Shown: one piece after another, positions 25,151-38,940 of the stretch
How the letters are laid out: each line of letters opens with the position of its first letter
How positions within the stretch are numbered: position 1 is the stretch's first letter
Assembly (NCBI GenBank): GCA_965287045.1
Contig: OZ336876.1
Location: 3,348,001-3,412,000 of the forward strand
Length of the DNA: 64,000 nucleotides
Direction of reading: 5' to 3'
Source: Carcharhinus amblyrhynchos
Lineage: Eukaryota
Program-made: the position numbers and the translations under genes
Notes under the pieces: generated by a model
What the model saw: the letters and a program-made list of their open reading frames with translations, nothing else
The model's database searches: none
What the model was told of the DNA's origin: nothing

Positions 25151-27329
25151 AAGAAAAATTGCAACAGACTTCTGTTTGGACTGAATCAGTAAACATTTTT
25201 TTGAAATCCTTCATTTGCTATGCATTATTCTTTCTGAGAAAAAAAGCATGAGATATGATCATACATCAGCCCAAACGTTTGGATTAGATTAGACACCTCA
25301 AGGAGGTGTTCCAGTTACAGACTGGTGGCAAAATAATTTGCTTCAGTCCCTCGCCAAGGCGCGGACTCAATTTCGATTCCAGCCTTGGGTGACTTTGCAA
25401 GAATTTGCAAGTTCGACTCGTGTCAGCGTGAGCTCTTCTCGGTGCGTTGGTTTCGCCCCATTGGTTAGATGGAGAAGTCTTCGTAAATACACAGGGTACA
25501 GATGTAGGCTGGAAGTGGAAGTCTCGGCCGCATGCGGTTTTGGAGAGTGGGTGTAGACTTGATGACACTACACTGGAGGGATGTCACAGTTTGTCTCAGA
25601 AATCATTCATTTTTCGACCGTGGTTTAGCTTTCATGATATAAATTGATCACTCTTGCAAAGTGAATCGTGTTAGTTGTAAAACAAGGGACTTAGGACTTT
25701 GGAACACAGAAGGCCAGTCTGCCCTGCACTTCTGCACCATGTAGGCCCTTCGTTATTTTCATGGCAAATCTGCTGTTGTCCAGCCCCCCGAATTCAGTAT
25801 CACTGTCTCTTTGCTCCTTTCAATAAAGCAGCGCCCCGATCTCCCCCACCCCCGCCGCCACCACCAATTAACCCTTAAACTCTTGTCTGTCAAAAAATAT
25901 TTAACTGAACCTTGACTACATTCGCTGGTCCAACTGACGTTGCGGGTTGAGGGAAAAAAATCGCATGCAAAAGAGAACTTCGCAGCATCAACAAAAATCC
26001 TCATTCCACCCAGAAATTCTGATTTCTTATTCACAAACGTTGTTCCATTTTTCTAGTCTATTATACATGTGGCAACATCCATTACTTTTTTGTGTTTTCA
26101 AAGCTAACAGTTTCTAAATTTCGATTAGATAAGCACCATTATTCTAAATTCTAAATGGGCCCTTAAGTAATATAAGGATTATTTGTTCCATGAATCTAAG
26201 CATAATTGATTGCACAAGTACGAGGACACTCAAAAAGTAGAAACAGTCGTAGAACATCGCACCCCACAAACTTGCCACGGCATTAAATACGATCATGGGT
26301 GATCTATGTCGACCACAACTCTTTTAGCATGCCATTTTCCCATAGCCCTCTCTTCCTTAACCTGTGGAATATATATCCACATCCACTTTAAATTCTTCCA
26401 ATGACCCAGCCCCCACTATACTTAACGACCGATAAAGCACTGGATGCCATCAAAATTAGTCTTTCATCTAGCACGTTGATTAATTACAAATCTGCCCGTC
26501 CAGAGTGATATTAACCCTTAAAAATAATGAAACACAATTTATAAATAGATTGACGTTAAATATGCAGCACAAGCCTATCCTACCTCTCTTCATAACACGA
26601 AATGTTTCCCCTCAAAACTGCGAGCAGATGTATTGTGTATTGTTCGTATTTCTCTGCTTCCCAATATTTCATAACATCTGCATACGTCTGTTTCTGTCTA
26701 AATGTCGCTATCATTCTGTAGTGTTCAATGAACATGATATCGTATGTAATGCTGAACCATACGTTGGTCAAACTGAATGCATTCATATTGGGTTAGAAGT
26801 TTATCTGCCTATCTGCAGAATGCCGAGTTCACCATCATCCTATGTCCTTCGATCAGTTTGTCAACGGGAATTATCTTAAAGTAAATTGTTGCTTGGAAGG
26901 TGGCCCGGAAATTATGACAGATTTCCCGACGGTGAAGGTGTATGCTGGCTGTCTAGTCTCAATAATAGGCCAGGAAGACTTTTTTTCAGCATAAATTTTA
27001 TTGATATCCTCCAACTGTTCAAATTGTAATTGGATATTATAAGCATCATTCGCAGAGTCGCATTTTCTGCATTTGGACCATCCTATTCTATTCTGAACCC
27101 GCAATTAATCTAAAAGCAATCTCAGCATCGAAAATAATCTTTAAAAATTGCCATCTTCAGTCAGGCGTTGCAATGCTATATCCTAAAGCAACAGTTGTGT
27201 TATAATAAATGATGATTGTGTTCCGAAATGTCAAAGTCATGTTAGCTTACGTACCTTTCAACGTGACTATCAGTATTTATTGTAACCTCACTGCAGGTCC
27301 ATCCAATTCCACTGTAATTGACGAATTCT

Positions 27330-27680
27330 GTTGACCATTCTGCTCTCTCAGTTACACCAAACTCTTAAGCTGACGTGACTGTATTTTAATGCTACCTCTA
27401 AAATTGCACCCCGTGTCGCTCACTCCTTGCGCGCAGCTACAACGTACATCTCTCTCGCAAGTGTAAGTCATTGACTGCATTACAGATGCTATTTGGAGAG
27501 CCCTCATATCCTCGCGTATAAAGCCTCCCTGCTCTGGACGTAATATACAAGTTGAGCGCGAACGATTAGCTTAAATAGTTCAACATAACGTCATTGTTCG
27601 TTAATCTATGTAGCTGATAATAAGTCCCGGGATACGGGGAGCTTTATATGCCGATACTTATACCTGTCTTGACATGTTTA
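27330..27680 (-). mobile_element. Highly diverged CR1 fragment
   Basis: Reverse complement gives VMLNYLS..RAQL.Y-like RT C-terminal remnants. Confidence 0.5.
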
Positions 27681-27692
27681 ATTACTTATGTT

Positions 27693-28680
27693 GATATTTA
27701 TATAGATGATCTGGAGGAGGGAACCGAGTGTATGGTGTCGAAATTTGCTGATGACACCAAGATTGGTGGAACGGCAAATTGTGCGGAGGGTGTGGAGAGT
27801 CTGCAGAAGGATCTAGATAGGCTGGGCGAATGGGCCAGGAAATGGCAAACGGAATTTAATGTTGGCAAATGTGAGGTTGTCCACTTTGGTAGGAATAATG
27901 GTAGGAAGGACTATTACTTACATGGCGAAAAACTGCAGCAGGCGACGGTGCAGAGGGACCTCGGGGTCCTTGTGCATGAGTCGCAAAGACCCAGCCTGCA
28001 GGTGCAGCAGGTGGTCAGGAAGGCTAATGGGATGCTGGCCTTCATAGCGAGGGGGATTGAATATAAAAGTAGGGAGGTCTTGCTGCAGCTGTATAGGGCA
28101 TTGGTGAGGCCGCAGCTGGATTACTGTGTGCATTTTTGGTCGCCGCACTTACGCAAGGATATTTTGGCCTTGGAGGGAGTGCAGAGGAGGTTTACTAGGC
28201 TGATACCGGAGTTGAGGGGGTTGAGCTATGAGGAGAGGCTGAATAAACTAGGCTTGTACTCGTTAGAGTTTAGAAGAATGAGGGGAGATCTCATTGAGAC
28301 GTATAAGATGATGAATGGGATGGATAGGATAGAGGTGGAGAGACTCTTCCCGCTCAGAAAGGACAGTAGCACTAGGGGGCACAGCCTCAAGATAAAGGGG
28401 GGGAGGGGCGGTTTAGAACGGAGTTGAGGAGGAACTTCTTCACTCAAAGGGTGGTGAACCTCTGGAATTCTCTGCCCGTTGAAGTGGTGGAGGCTGCCTC
28501 GCTAAATATTTTTAAGACGCGGATTGATGGGTTTTTGATAGGCAACGGGATTAAGGGTTATGGGAAGAGGGCGGGAATGTGGATCTGAGCCACGACAGAT
28601 CAGCCATGATCTTATTGAATGGCGGGGCAGGCTCGAAGGGCTAGATGGCCTACTCCTGCTCCTAGTTCTTATGTTCTTAT
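27693..28680 (+). mobile_element. Young 5'-truncated CR1 LINE (RT C-terminus open for about 240 codons)
   Basis: ORF 27648-28427: IYIDDLEEG..SKFADDTKIGG..WQTEFNVGKC..RPQLDYCVHFWSP..YEERLNKLGLYSLE; frameshift in G-run near 28400; tail ttcttatgttcttat. Confidence 0.97.
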
Positions 28681-31600
28681 AGCCGCTGTTTTCTCTGTTC
28701 CTGCATACATATTTGATTGTTCACATTTAACTTACGTGGTGCCTACTTGCTGTAGCTATAAAAATGATGTATTTCATTTTTCTCTACATTCAAACGTACC
28801 TGTCCAGTCGTTCAAGCAAATTGCCTATGTCCTTCGGAAATTATTTATACCCTTTGCACAATCCAAAACATGTGCACAGCATGTCAGGTGATGTCCTGCA
28901 CACCGAGTTTTAGCTTGTGAAAATATATCTAAAAGATCATGGACCCCAACATTGGCCCTTTGGAAATGTAACTACAAACCTTCTTCCAGCCCGAAAATAA
29001 GAATAATTTTACATTGTGTTTTTGTGAAACATGTACAAATTGTTGAATACTGCTCTGGATTTACTACAAGTCAATTACGATATAGGTAATTTCTGAGGAA
29101 ACGCGATCATGGTCTGTGTTATCAAATCTAGAAGAATCCAGTCTCATCATTTTAATTGGTCCACTGACATATGGCAAGTGTCAAATTTCCTGCAAAGTGC
29201 ACCAAATTCGGGACACTTATTCCTCGCAAAAAAAACATTTTTTTTTTAACCTTTGCAATTCTTCACAGTTTCAGGCTGCTTCACTGTTTTAGAAACTAAT
29301 GATTCGCCTTTCTGCAGCTTATCAAGTGTATACACGCTATGTTTTTTGTAAGAAAAGGTTTGAACGTTACATTAGTTACTTATTAAGAATCTTGAGCGCA
29401 CAAAGATTTAGTTCTTGTATCAAAGAGGACACCTTCCTTCAACGATGTTGTCTCCAAGTGACACCGTGAATCAGGGGTCTCTTATTTCCCTGTGCATTCT
29501 TAACCAAGAACATTCTTGAGGCAATTTAGTGATGCCTGATTCATGTTCAAGTTCACAATAGTAATGCTGCAGATGTCGATCACATATGTGGTTGTAATCA
29601 GCTAAGCATTGCTGCTAATGACCACATATGAATTTCAAACAATCAGAATGAGGTTTCTCGGCAGGGATATATTGTGTTTGAATGGTACAGTCTTCACCCA
29701 GAAAACTGTATCCCATTAAATCCAGCCCTATTACGTGAAATGAGCGACGTGCCAGTCAATCAATCTCACGCAATGTCATCATTTGGAAGTAACAAGTTGG
29801 CAGACGGCCAAGTTCAAATTCGGTACCCACAGAACTTGGTATTGAAATAAAGAGACAAATCGCGGATTTTCTTGATGAAAGATATTCAGTCAGCTTCTGA
29901 ATGTCCATTAAAGAGATCATTTAGTTTAACGTGTAAATATTCGGACATTCAAACAGATGCATTGCAACTTCAATATCACGTTTTAATTTTCCTTTTCAAC
30001 CAGTATTTCTCCTATTTTCGTGGACCGTTTTCATAAGCATTTGAATCAGAGCCGATTCCTTCCTCCACTTCGACTCTTTCCAGATTCTCTGCATCGTTTC
30101 TGTGATTAAGAGTGGCATACGTGATGAAATTATCGTTGGTTTCATCTGAGGTTACCTGTAATTGAATTATATGTGGATGAAGTTAATGATGAGTCTAACG
30201 AAGACCAGAGCAATGGACATTTCAAGAAAAGCAAGTAGTTCGAGATTGAATAACTTAATTCCTAATCATTTCTCTTATTTTGCCCTGGATTTGCGCTACA
30301 CTGGCAAGTCAGAAATTGTTGCCAGGAACTATTTTAAAGGTGTAGCGCGCTAGACTATCACATTGCATAGCTAAAAATCAAACATATTTCTCAGGGCCTT
30401 CAGTGCTTTGTAAATCAAAACATTTGAGGAGTACCGAATTCCCTCTCTAAGATGCATCAGTAAACCCAGATGTAGCTTTGTTTTACAAGTCGCGCAATTG
30501 TTTTACGTGCGTGGAAATCAAGTCGGTCTTGTGAAGTGACAGCACACTCCATTTCTACGCAAGTTGTGCTTTATGCCCATTAGATCGTACAAGTCTCCTG
30601 CCGAAGGTAGTCTTGTAAATCGAGAAATGACCTTACTTTGATGAACCAGTACTTTACTCCAATTCGATTTCCAGGATCATTTGGTTGTAACTTGCAACAT
30701 GAAAGAGGCACGTTTTCATCCCATCAATAAAAACAATATACATTATCGAGGATGCCCTCCTTGATTCTGTGCCCTGGAGCCACGCAAACGCACCTTCTAG
30801 GCTCTTACACTTTTTAGTGGCTAACGGCTGCTTCTGACATTGATTTGATCAAAGGGTAATTTAATTTTAAAGCATTATATGAACTGGATGTGAATGTATG
30901 TCATTAAAATGCTTTAAATTATAATGTCCTAGCATTTTTTATTAGAGTAGCAATTAAGTATCAACTCTGCTTTGCGAGTCAGTCCTAGTTGAAATCTTAA
31001 ATTGCTGTGTAAATTTATCACCTTGTTTATATGAAAACATGATATGTTAAGAAAACTCATTGCATGACTCAGCTGCTCATAATGAAAAGGATGTACACAA
31101 ACACATTAGGTCAGTGTGGATCATTACACATCAACTTTAATCGTAGCTTCCAGAAAAAAAAAACTAAACATGTTTCATAGCTATTCACTGAGACCTCTAG
31201 AAACAACATCTGTTCCACCATTCATTTTTGACCATGGTTGATCATTGAATCCTTTTCAACAAATAATGCCGGCTTATTTTGTTCTTTCTTTCCAGTTTTC
31301 AGCGGGGGCATTAAAGGCCAGTATGCGCTGCCAGAGGAGGTGGCGGAAGCATGCACATCCGCAACATTTAAGAGGCATCAGAATGAGTGCATTAATAGCG
31401 AATGAATCGTGGGATAAGTGTCGGTATAAAGTGATCGGGCACAATGATCAGCACAGGCTTGGAGGGCTGTTCCTGTGCTGAACGTTTCTTTGTTCTTTGA
31501 TGCAAACTGAATATTTGCTGGCAAGCGTTAAGCGTGGAAGATTGTCGACGCTCTATTCAGGTGCGTGAAGTAACCGGCACACGCACCCTCAACATTAAAG

Positions 31601-32619
31601 GATGCTATACGGCGCCATTGCATAACGGCAACCTAATGGCTGGTCGGGTATTCGCTTCTGCTCCTTTCACCTATCCAATCTCTAGAACTGACGGGTGGAT
31701 CTTTATTTATTGGGCAAAACCTTGAATTTATGGCTGATGGCTTACATTGCGGCAACAACCGCTAACTCGATCAGAACGAGCTGTGTGAGTGCAGCCTGGA
31801 GATGTGTGTGTTGGCGCGGGGTGGGGGGGCGGGTACGTTGTGGGGAGGCGGGGCTACTATGGTAAACAACGATGTTTTCTCTTGGATGTTGCTCAGCCTT
31901 TCGACGAATATATCCCAGTGCTCAGTGGTGTTCTGAGTGATAATTCATAGAATACATGTTAGAATGGGTTAGGCAGATTAATGAGACACAACAAAGCTGA
32001 GTTGTGGGGTGGGAGCAGATTGTGGGATGAAGTAGGCTCATAATAAGATAACCCATTAATGATATGAATAACAGAACTGTCTATCAGGGAAATTAGCCGA
32101 CTCCGGATTCTAGTTCTACCACGGGTTTCCATAGATAGCCCCTTACTACATAAAAAAAACAGGGGTTAAGGGTGTTTTTTCACTGAACGAAACAATTCCA
32201 AATTATAATTGAATTATTGTTTCTAAATGGCTTAGTCTGAAAGACACATGTCAGAAGTGTCATTCAGACCTGCATACTTGTCCTTTAAAGAACATTTAGA
32301 AGTCTATTTGACTCAAATAGATAAGCAAGCAATGGATACATTCTTCAAACTTTGATAAACGAAACGAGTGTCTCAGAAAACAAAACAAGCGTGTTTGTTC
32401 CCTTCCAATCTAATCTTATTCAGTTTGTTTCAGGAAAAAAAATGAAAGCTAAGCACACACTTCTGAATGGCAATTTAAAAGTCAATATGGCAATGAACAC
32501 GAAAGTCAAGTTCAAGCACTTCTCCAATAATAAATTCCACTCTTCAGTACTAACCCATCAGGTTTACAATCAAACACATGTTCATTAATGTACGGCAGTG
32601 AAGTAACAAAGGCATTACT

Positions 32620-32980
32620 CCATCAGCTGTGAGCATCCGGGCATCAGGCGCAAACACAGTTATAATTTGAGGTTACTTTCAGGTGCATTGTGCATTTATA
32701 GTTAATCTGCAAACCACAGCCTGATTACTGTGTACAAACATGGCTTAGTACTTTATTTTCCCATTTCGATATTACGTGCACTTTCACTTCCTCACTGTAT
32801 CTCTCCGATCATTGGTTGACCTTCAATAAACTTGACTTGGTCAACGTTTATTTTTTCCCACGAAGTGCATTAATAAAACAATATTGTCAATTATTCCGCT
32901 TGCAAAGCTCTAGAGGATATACGCTGACGGGAACATCTCGTGGAAAGTTAATGCATGCAAATTAGCTCTGCAGCTGCTTT
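32620..32980. promoter_or_regulatory. Candidate leukocyte enhancer (EICE + RUNX + E-boxes + octamer)
   Basis: CAGCTG 32624, CAGGTG 32680, AACCACA 32712, GAGGAAGTGAAAG on - at 32781-32793, ATGCAAAT 32955, CAGCTG 32971, in repeat-poor DNA. Confidence 0.4.
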
Positions 32981-33639
32981 GTCGTTGGCAAGATCCTCCA
33001 TTTATTAGTCGAAAAACTAGACAATAGCGATCGTCTTCATATTATGCTGTTGAGCAGAAATGAGAACTGTAAAATGGTGATGGGATGAATTCTTTGTGGG
33101 ACATTCCTCGATTCCTCCATGCTGTACATCAAACGGCCCAATCTACTTTTAGTAAAGTATTACCCCTGATAATTCGAAAGAATGAAATATCATCATTGAT
33201 GATAGCTCTCAGTTTCACCTTTACTCAAAATATCATTCAATTTCATGATTTACATTTTTTAAATTGAAACGCCGCCATTTCTCATTGGAGCACTTGTCCA
33301 CGGAATATTAGCTGGAGCTGAGGAGGATTCCTGAAGTCAATGAATGTCTCTCCAACTTTTGTGGATCAAACAACATCACAGAATCATTTTGCTGTTGTTT
33401 TATTAGTTCATACTGCAACAGGTAAATCACAGATCCTTATTATGGGGACTCAGATTACTTTCATTGGGAAGTCACCGATTTGCTGCAGGTTTTTCACGCC
33501 CATTTTGCCTGTAATCCACTCAATGGATCAGCTTGATTTTATAATTTTAAGAAGTGAGCAATAACTGAGCCTCTGCGAATGAGAACCCTTTTCTATGTTA
33601 ATAGTATGTCACTAATTGAGACATTGTAAAATAACGGAT

Positions 33640-34510
33640 CCAAATTTGATGACAACCGTATCTCAGCTGAAATAAGAGTAAAGTGTAAGGACACTGTAAG
33701 GAGCTACAGGCAGATTAAATCATTATATATCACTCTGACCGATGGTGAACAATGTTGGAATGTTGCTATCTCGTGTCGGGAGAAGGAAACAAAACGATTT
33801 TTGTAAGGTGTAAAATGTGTAAAAGTTAATGGTCAGGGGACTGCAGGGTCCTCTTAGAGGTGGCATAGAAATTTGCTAACAAACAATTAGGAAGGTTAGT
33901 GGTATGTTAGCATTTGTTGATAGGGCTCTATAATAAAAGAAAAAAAAAACAAATCTTGCTACAATTTCAGAGATATTTGATAAGACCATACCTGGACTAC
34001 TGTTTGTGGTTCTATGTTTCCCATTTTAAGAGGGGTACACTTACATTGAGATACGTACAGTGAAGGTGAACGTGTTTTGTTCATGAACTGAAAGATTTAA
34101 TTTCTGGTGAGTCGTTGATTGAATGAGGTATGGATTCTCCGGAATTAAAAATAAGAAGATTTGACCTCGTTGACACGTGCAACATTCTGAAAGGGTTGTC
34201 AAGGTTCACACAATTAGCTTCTTTTCACTGTTCGGGAAACCAAGAAAATGCAGATGGTAATTTGGGACTGGAAAGTAGATAGCATTATTCACTCAGTGGT
34301 GTGTAAGTCATTAAATCTTTCCACGCCAACGTGTTATGGATATTTAAATCCATGTATTGTTGCAAGAAGGCATAGCTTTGCATATATACAGTTTAAAATA
34401 CTATTGTTCAACACCTTAACACCCAATCGCTCAACTTTCTTTAACGTGGAGAGAATGAGTGGAGATCCAGATTGGAACGTTCAGTTTAACTGGAGAGAGC
34501 TTGTAGGGGC
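33640..34510 (+). mobile_element. Old CR1 LINE 3' part
   Basis: Degraded KFDD, RPYLDYC and tail motifs. Confidence 0.7.
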
Positions 34511-34959
34511 ACCGACAGTGGGTTGATCACAAGAAAACCACTTATGGAGGTAAAACATCGAGACTCCAAACTTGAAGCGTCAACTTGCCTGGAGCAAATC
34601 AGCACAGTGAGAGGCAGTGCGCTGATCCACATGGGAGCTACCTGGGGAGAGAATAGATTGGCAACCTGGTGCTGAAGAGAATAAAATCAAAATTTGAAAC
34701 TGGAACATTGTGAGTTGATTGTTTGTTCTGACTTTTTTTTTGGGGGGGGGTACTAAGTCCATTCAACTGTCTGAACAAAAGGCTTACTAATATTAAGACA
34801 AATAACAACAACTTCATGAATTGCTAGTGAGCGTTATATGTTGTATTATGTAACAGTGTTACAGTTGGTAAGGCAAGTATTCGTTGTAACATGTATGATT
34901 CTTTGTAGGTTTGTATGCGTTGGGAATATTTATTAGTAGCAGTGAAATATACTGCAATC

Positions 34960-35830
34960 ATAAAGTTGTACTTTACAGAAGAGACCATTCTGCCCACAGA
35001 GTCCGCACTGACAAAGCTACAGTGAAACTGCACCAATACCGTATGCCGGCACTTAACAGCGTCTTGAATGCTATAACATTTCACATACACATTCTGAAGG
35101 TTATGAGGTGTCTCACCTCTACTATCCGCCCAGACGCTGCATTCCAGACTTCCACCATCCCCTTCATATATCTTCCCTGTAAACCTCCTAAACCTCACAC
35201 TAAAGTTCGATCCCGTCTCCATTGAGCCTTCAGCTAAATGGAACAGATATTTCTCATCCACCGTGTCCATACCTCTAATGCATAGATCAACCAGGCACCC
35301 TCTCTTCCTTTCCTGCTGCAAAGAAAACAGTCCGATATTTCAGCTTGTCTTCTTTGCTCAAATGATCCATACCAGGCAACATCCTGGAGAATGTCCTCTT
35401 CACCCTCTCCGGTGTGATCATCTCATTCCTGTAGTGAGACAATCAGAACTGCAAACAATTACCCAACTGTAGCTTAATTGAAATTCTGTATGGCTCCAAC
35501 TTAACCCATTATAAAAGCAAAATGTTGCGAATGTTGCAATTTGAAACAAAAGTGGAAAATGCAGGACAATTTCAGCAGCCCTTACATCATATTTGGAGAG
35601 AGAATACTGTCAACGTTTCGAGATGTGTTGAACTTCAACTGACAACTGCTGACATCATCTTTCGCCTCGCATAATCTATGTTACAACTGATAAAGGCGAG
35701 TGTCTCGTATGCATTACAAATTACCTGACTACATTTCTCTCTGCCTTAGGAAATCTGTGGACTAGCATTCACATATATGTCTGTTCTTCTGAGCATCCTA
35801 ATGACTGCGATCCATTGAATACTCCCTAGT
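34960..35830 (-). mobile_element. Old CR1 LINE 3' part, interrupted at about 35515-35640 by another short repeat
   Basis: RGMDTVDEKYLFHLAEGS; CR1 tail in reverse. Confidence 0.7.
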
Positions 35831-35989
35831 CTTGTGACTCGTTCTCATATACTATTATACAAAATGTATTAATTATAGCGATATCGATGTTAGCAGGTGT
35901 ATGTTTTACGAGCAGAATAATATTTGTTACTGCAACAAGGTTTATAGCAAGTAGCTACAGACATTTCAGGTCTTTTCCGCTTTCTTGGG

Positions 35990-36760
35990 TGCATGTACTG
36001 GGCGACCTTCAAACTCCAGGATGCTTCAGTGCCCTGGATACGCACTTAAGCAGGAAGAGTGGGCAATTGCAGAAGCTGGAGCTCCAGGAATTCAGCTCAT
36101 GCCGGAACTGGCATCACTGCGGTGTTTGTTCTAATGTCGAATGTTTATGGGCATGGTCACCCTGCAGCATATGAATCTTCCGAGAGCCAGAGGGACACGG
36201 GACGATCACCAAACAGTCAAACAAAATCCGGAAGCTAGTGCAAGAATCCCCTGAAGCCGTCCCACACACCAATGTTATCCAGATCTGATTATTGACGAGA
36301 GGGGTGCTCGATTGAGAAATGGGGTTGGAGCTTAGGCCATGGCCCCATCGCTGGGTCATCTGTAGTGAGGGAAGGCGAAAAGAAGAGCAGAAAACAACAA
36401 TAGCGACAAGGGTTTAATAACTGGGGGAATAAACAAGAATTAAAGTGACCGCCGACGTGAATAGAGAATGATGCATAGAACCATTGATTTCAATGAACGG
36501 GTACAGAGCACCCTGAGGGGGGTGGAAGAGATGGTGATGGGGAATATAATGCTACGTAACCAGCTGAAACCCAATTTAAATATATAGCGTCCATATAAAG
36601 AGAAGAAAGGGGAAACATGAAAAGGAACTGGTAGGTAGCATTAAACGGAATCCCTGTGTGTTTTATAGACATCTCAAATGTTAGGACTTTGGCTCAAGGA
36701 ACTTCGGGCGGTTTGGGGATTGATACATGATTTTCTCAGTAAGACAGTGGGTATAATTTG
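35990..36760 (+). mobile_element. Degraded CR1 5' region (ORF1 remnant / EN start)
   Basis: QKLELQ..LASLR and VQESPEAVP..N.Y-like remnants resembling CR1 ORF1. Confidence 0.45.
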
Positions 36761-36917
36761 AAGAAAAATAAAACTATTTTTAGCAGCAAAAAAAATCAAT
36801 CTAAGTTCTAGCGAATTAACAGGTATTAAGTACACATAAGGGGTCAATTAAACCTTTTATACTTTCAAGTTTCTCAGATCTGTCGTCTTTCAAACACTGA
36901 TATATCATTTCACCAAT

Positions 36918-36923
36918 TTTATT
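36918..36923 (-). promoter_or_regulatory. Candidate polyadenylation signal of the FCRL-like gene
   Basis: TTTATT on + (AATAAA on -) about 1.3 kb past the stop. Confidence 0.25.
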
Positions 36924-37369
36924 CCACAGAAATAAGCTCTACATAATTATGTTCAGCTATTTATAAGCGATAATCAGCATCCACGTAATTTGTTCATACC
37001 CATGCAATTCATTTCACATCCGACTCGCAATATCCCTATTTATGGCTCTCAATTTAAACTTTGTCTGTGATGCAATCTGCGCTTGCCGTTGCATTGCATG
37101 TTGTGCGCTAAGGAGAAACGTCAGACAGCTGAGTTATATTTTTCTGATGTCATTTGTTACAATGGTAAGGCCAGTTGTTTTTCAAATGCATGGACACCCC
37201 AAATGCATTCAAAATCAGCTAGTCGGTATTTTAGAATTTCAGTTGGACATATGGAATACAGTGACAGGTGATATCTATCATAAAATGCCTTTGCTTCAGA
37301 TTATGCAGGTTTCTACGCACAAAAAGAAGAGCGAGGATGCAGGTACGTTGAACTTATAAGCAGTTAAAC

Positions 37370-37660
37370 TGGGGAGAGGTGTAGTAGCGTTGTGACTTGA
37401 CTAAAAACATGTAGACCCTTCGCAATGTTCTGGGGATCATGCCCAAATCCCAATATGAGCGATGGTAAAAAATGAATTCAATGCAAATCTGGAATTAAAA
37501 GCCGAACGACGACCATTAACGCATTGTCAGTAGTTGAAGAGAAGTATGGTTTAGTAAGGTGGTTTGAGGAAGTAAATCTGCCGTCCTTAAGTGGCCTGGC
37601 CACCAGCGCCACAGCAATATTGTTGACTCTTAATTATTTTTGGGCATGCACGTTGAATGT
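37370..37660 (+). mobile_element. Deu-domain SINE
   Basis: aatgttctgggga, tgaattcaat..tctggaatta, aaatctgccgtcctta. Confidence 0.7.
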
Positions 37661-38251
37661 TTCCCCAGACAACGACGTCTGCATACCATGCAAGATTTTT
37701 TTTTGAATGGGAATATACAGACATTAGACAACGGAGTATATTCTGAATTTATCATAATCTTGCCTTGGAGCTGTATGACCAGGCCTTCATTGTCACTGGT
37801 TAAATTCCTGAAATATTCCTCCCCATCGCCCCCCCCCCTCTCCCCGCCCCCACACCTCTCCGCCGAAACAACACTGCGGGAGTATCCAATTCATTGCAGC
37901 TGATCAAGAAGCCTGCTCACCGATACCTTTCTCAAGGACAATTATTTATGGGCGATAAACGCTGCAGTAGCTCGTAATGCCCACAGTCCACGAAGGAAAA
38001 ACAAACCTAATGATGCAGGTTAAACATAGAAAGGCTGTGCCCTGCAATGTGGAAAGCCAATATTCACACGACACCACATTGAAATCGACTGTGCAATGTG
38101 CAGTTTTCCGAATAATTGTAGGTATTCAGCCTGGTTCCGAAATGAGTGTGTCCTTGTTAACTCCGTTTTTAGCATCTTAGAACTGCAAAAGCCCCTGCCA
38201 CATTCATCAGTAGCTGAAATGGTGCATTCATTTTTACGTCCTCTTTTGCTA

Positions 38252-38380
38252 TTAGCTCCGTGGGAGGTTTTCATAATCACCACCTTCCTCCATTTCAAGT
38301 GTTTCCAAATGATTGTCCTTCATGCCATGATGAAGCGCTGCATACGTAACAAAATGTTCGTTGTGGCTTTCCATGTTATT
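38252..38380 (-). CDS. FCRL terminal exon with ITIM VTYAAL and C-terminal DYENL
   Basis: tttctctttaaatttcag|AAT, phase 0; NNMESHNEHFVTYAALHHGMKDNHLETLEMEEGGDYENLPRS*; too short for the ORF track. Confidence 0.88.
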   Translation of the reverse strand, partial: NNMESHNEHFVTYAALHHGMKDNHLETLEMEEGGDYENLPRS

Positions 38381-38619
38381 CTGAAATTTAAAGAGAAACA
38401 TCCGACAAGATAAACATACTTGCAGCATCATGGTAATCTTGATTTATAATAACCCAACTGTCAGGGCTAATAACTCAGGGTATGAGTTCAAACGCCAACA
38501 CAGCAGTTTCAGAACATAAATTCAATTAATTTGTAAACTGGGGGTTAAATGGGAAGGAAAAATGTATTCTTGCAATTGACAGGGTGGCAGTGGGGTGGGA
38601 TGGTGGAGGAGTGGGGGCG

Positions 38620-38940
38620 ACATGGCGCTGGAGTAATGTTACAGAATTGTTACATAACATTCCAGATAACCACACCAATTCTCTGGTGACATGGGTTCAA
38701 TTTCCAAGAAAGTGGATGGTGGAATTGATATTCAACATATATCACTGAAATTCAAAAGCAATCTCCTAATGTTGAATTGCCATGGACTGTTGTAAAGTAT
38801 CCCTTTTCAAACTTCAGTGAGGAAATATTCTGCTCTTGCCTAGTCTGGCACACTTATTGATCCAATACCACAGCATCGTGGTTTACCTTTACATAGTTGA
38901 GTCGGATTAATCCATGGGCAACTATAATTAAGATTGGCAT
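38620..38940 (+). mobile_element. Deu-domain SINE
   Basis: gacatgggttcaatttc, gatggtggaattga, gcctagtctggc. Confidence 0.6.

Noticed and set aside
27648-28427. 259-aa ORF as a host gene
   Set aside because: It is the C-terminal part of a CR1 reverse transcriptase in a 5'-truncated copy
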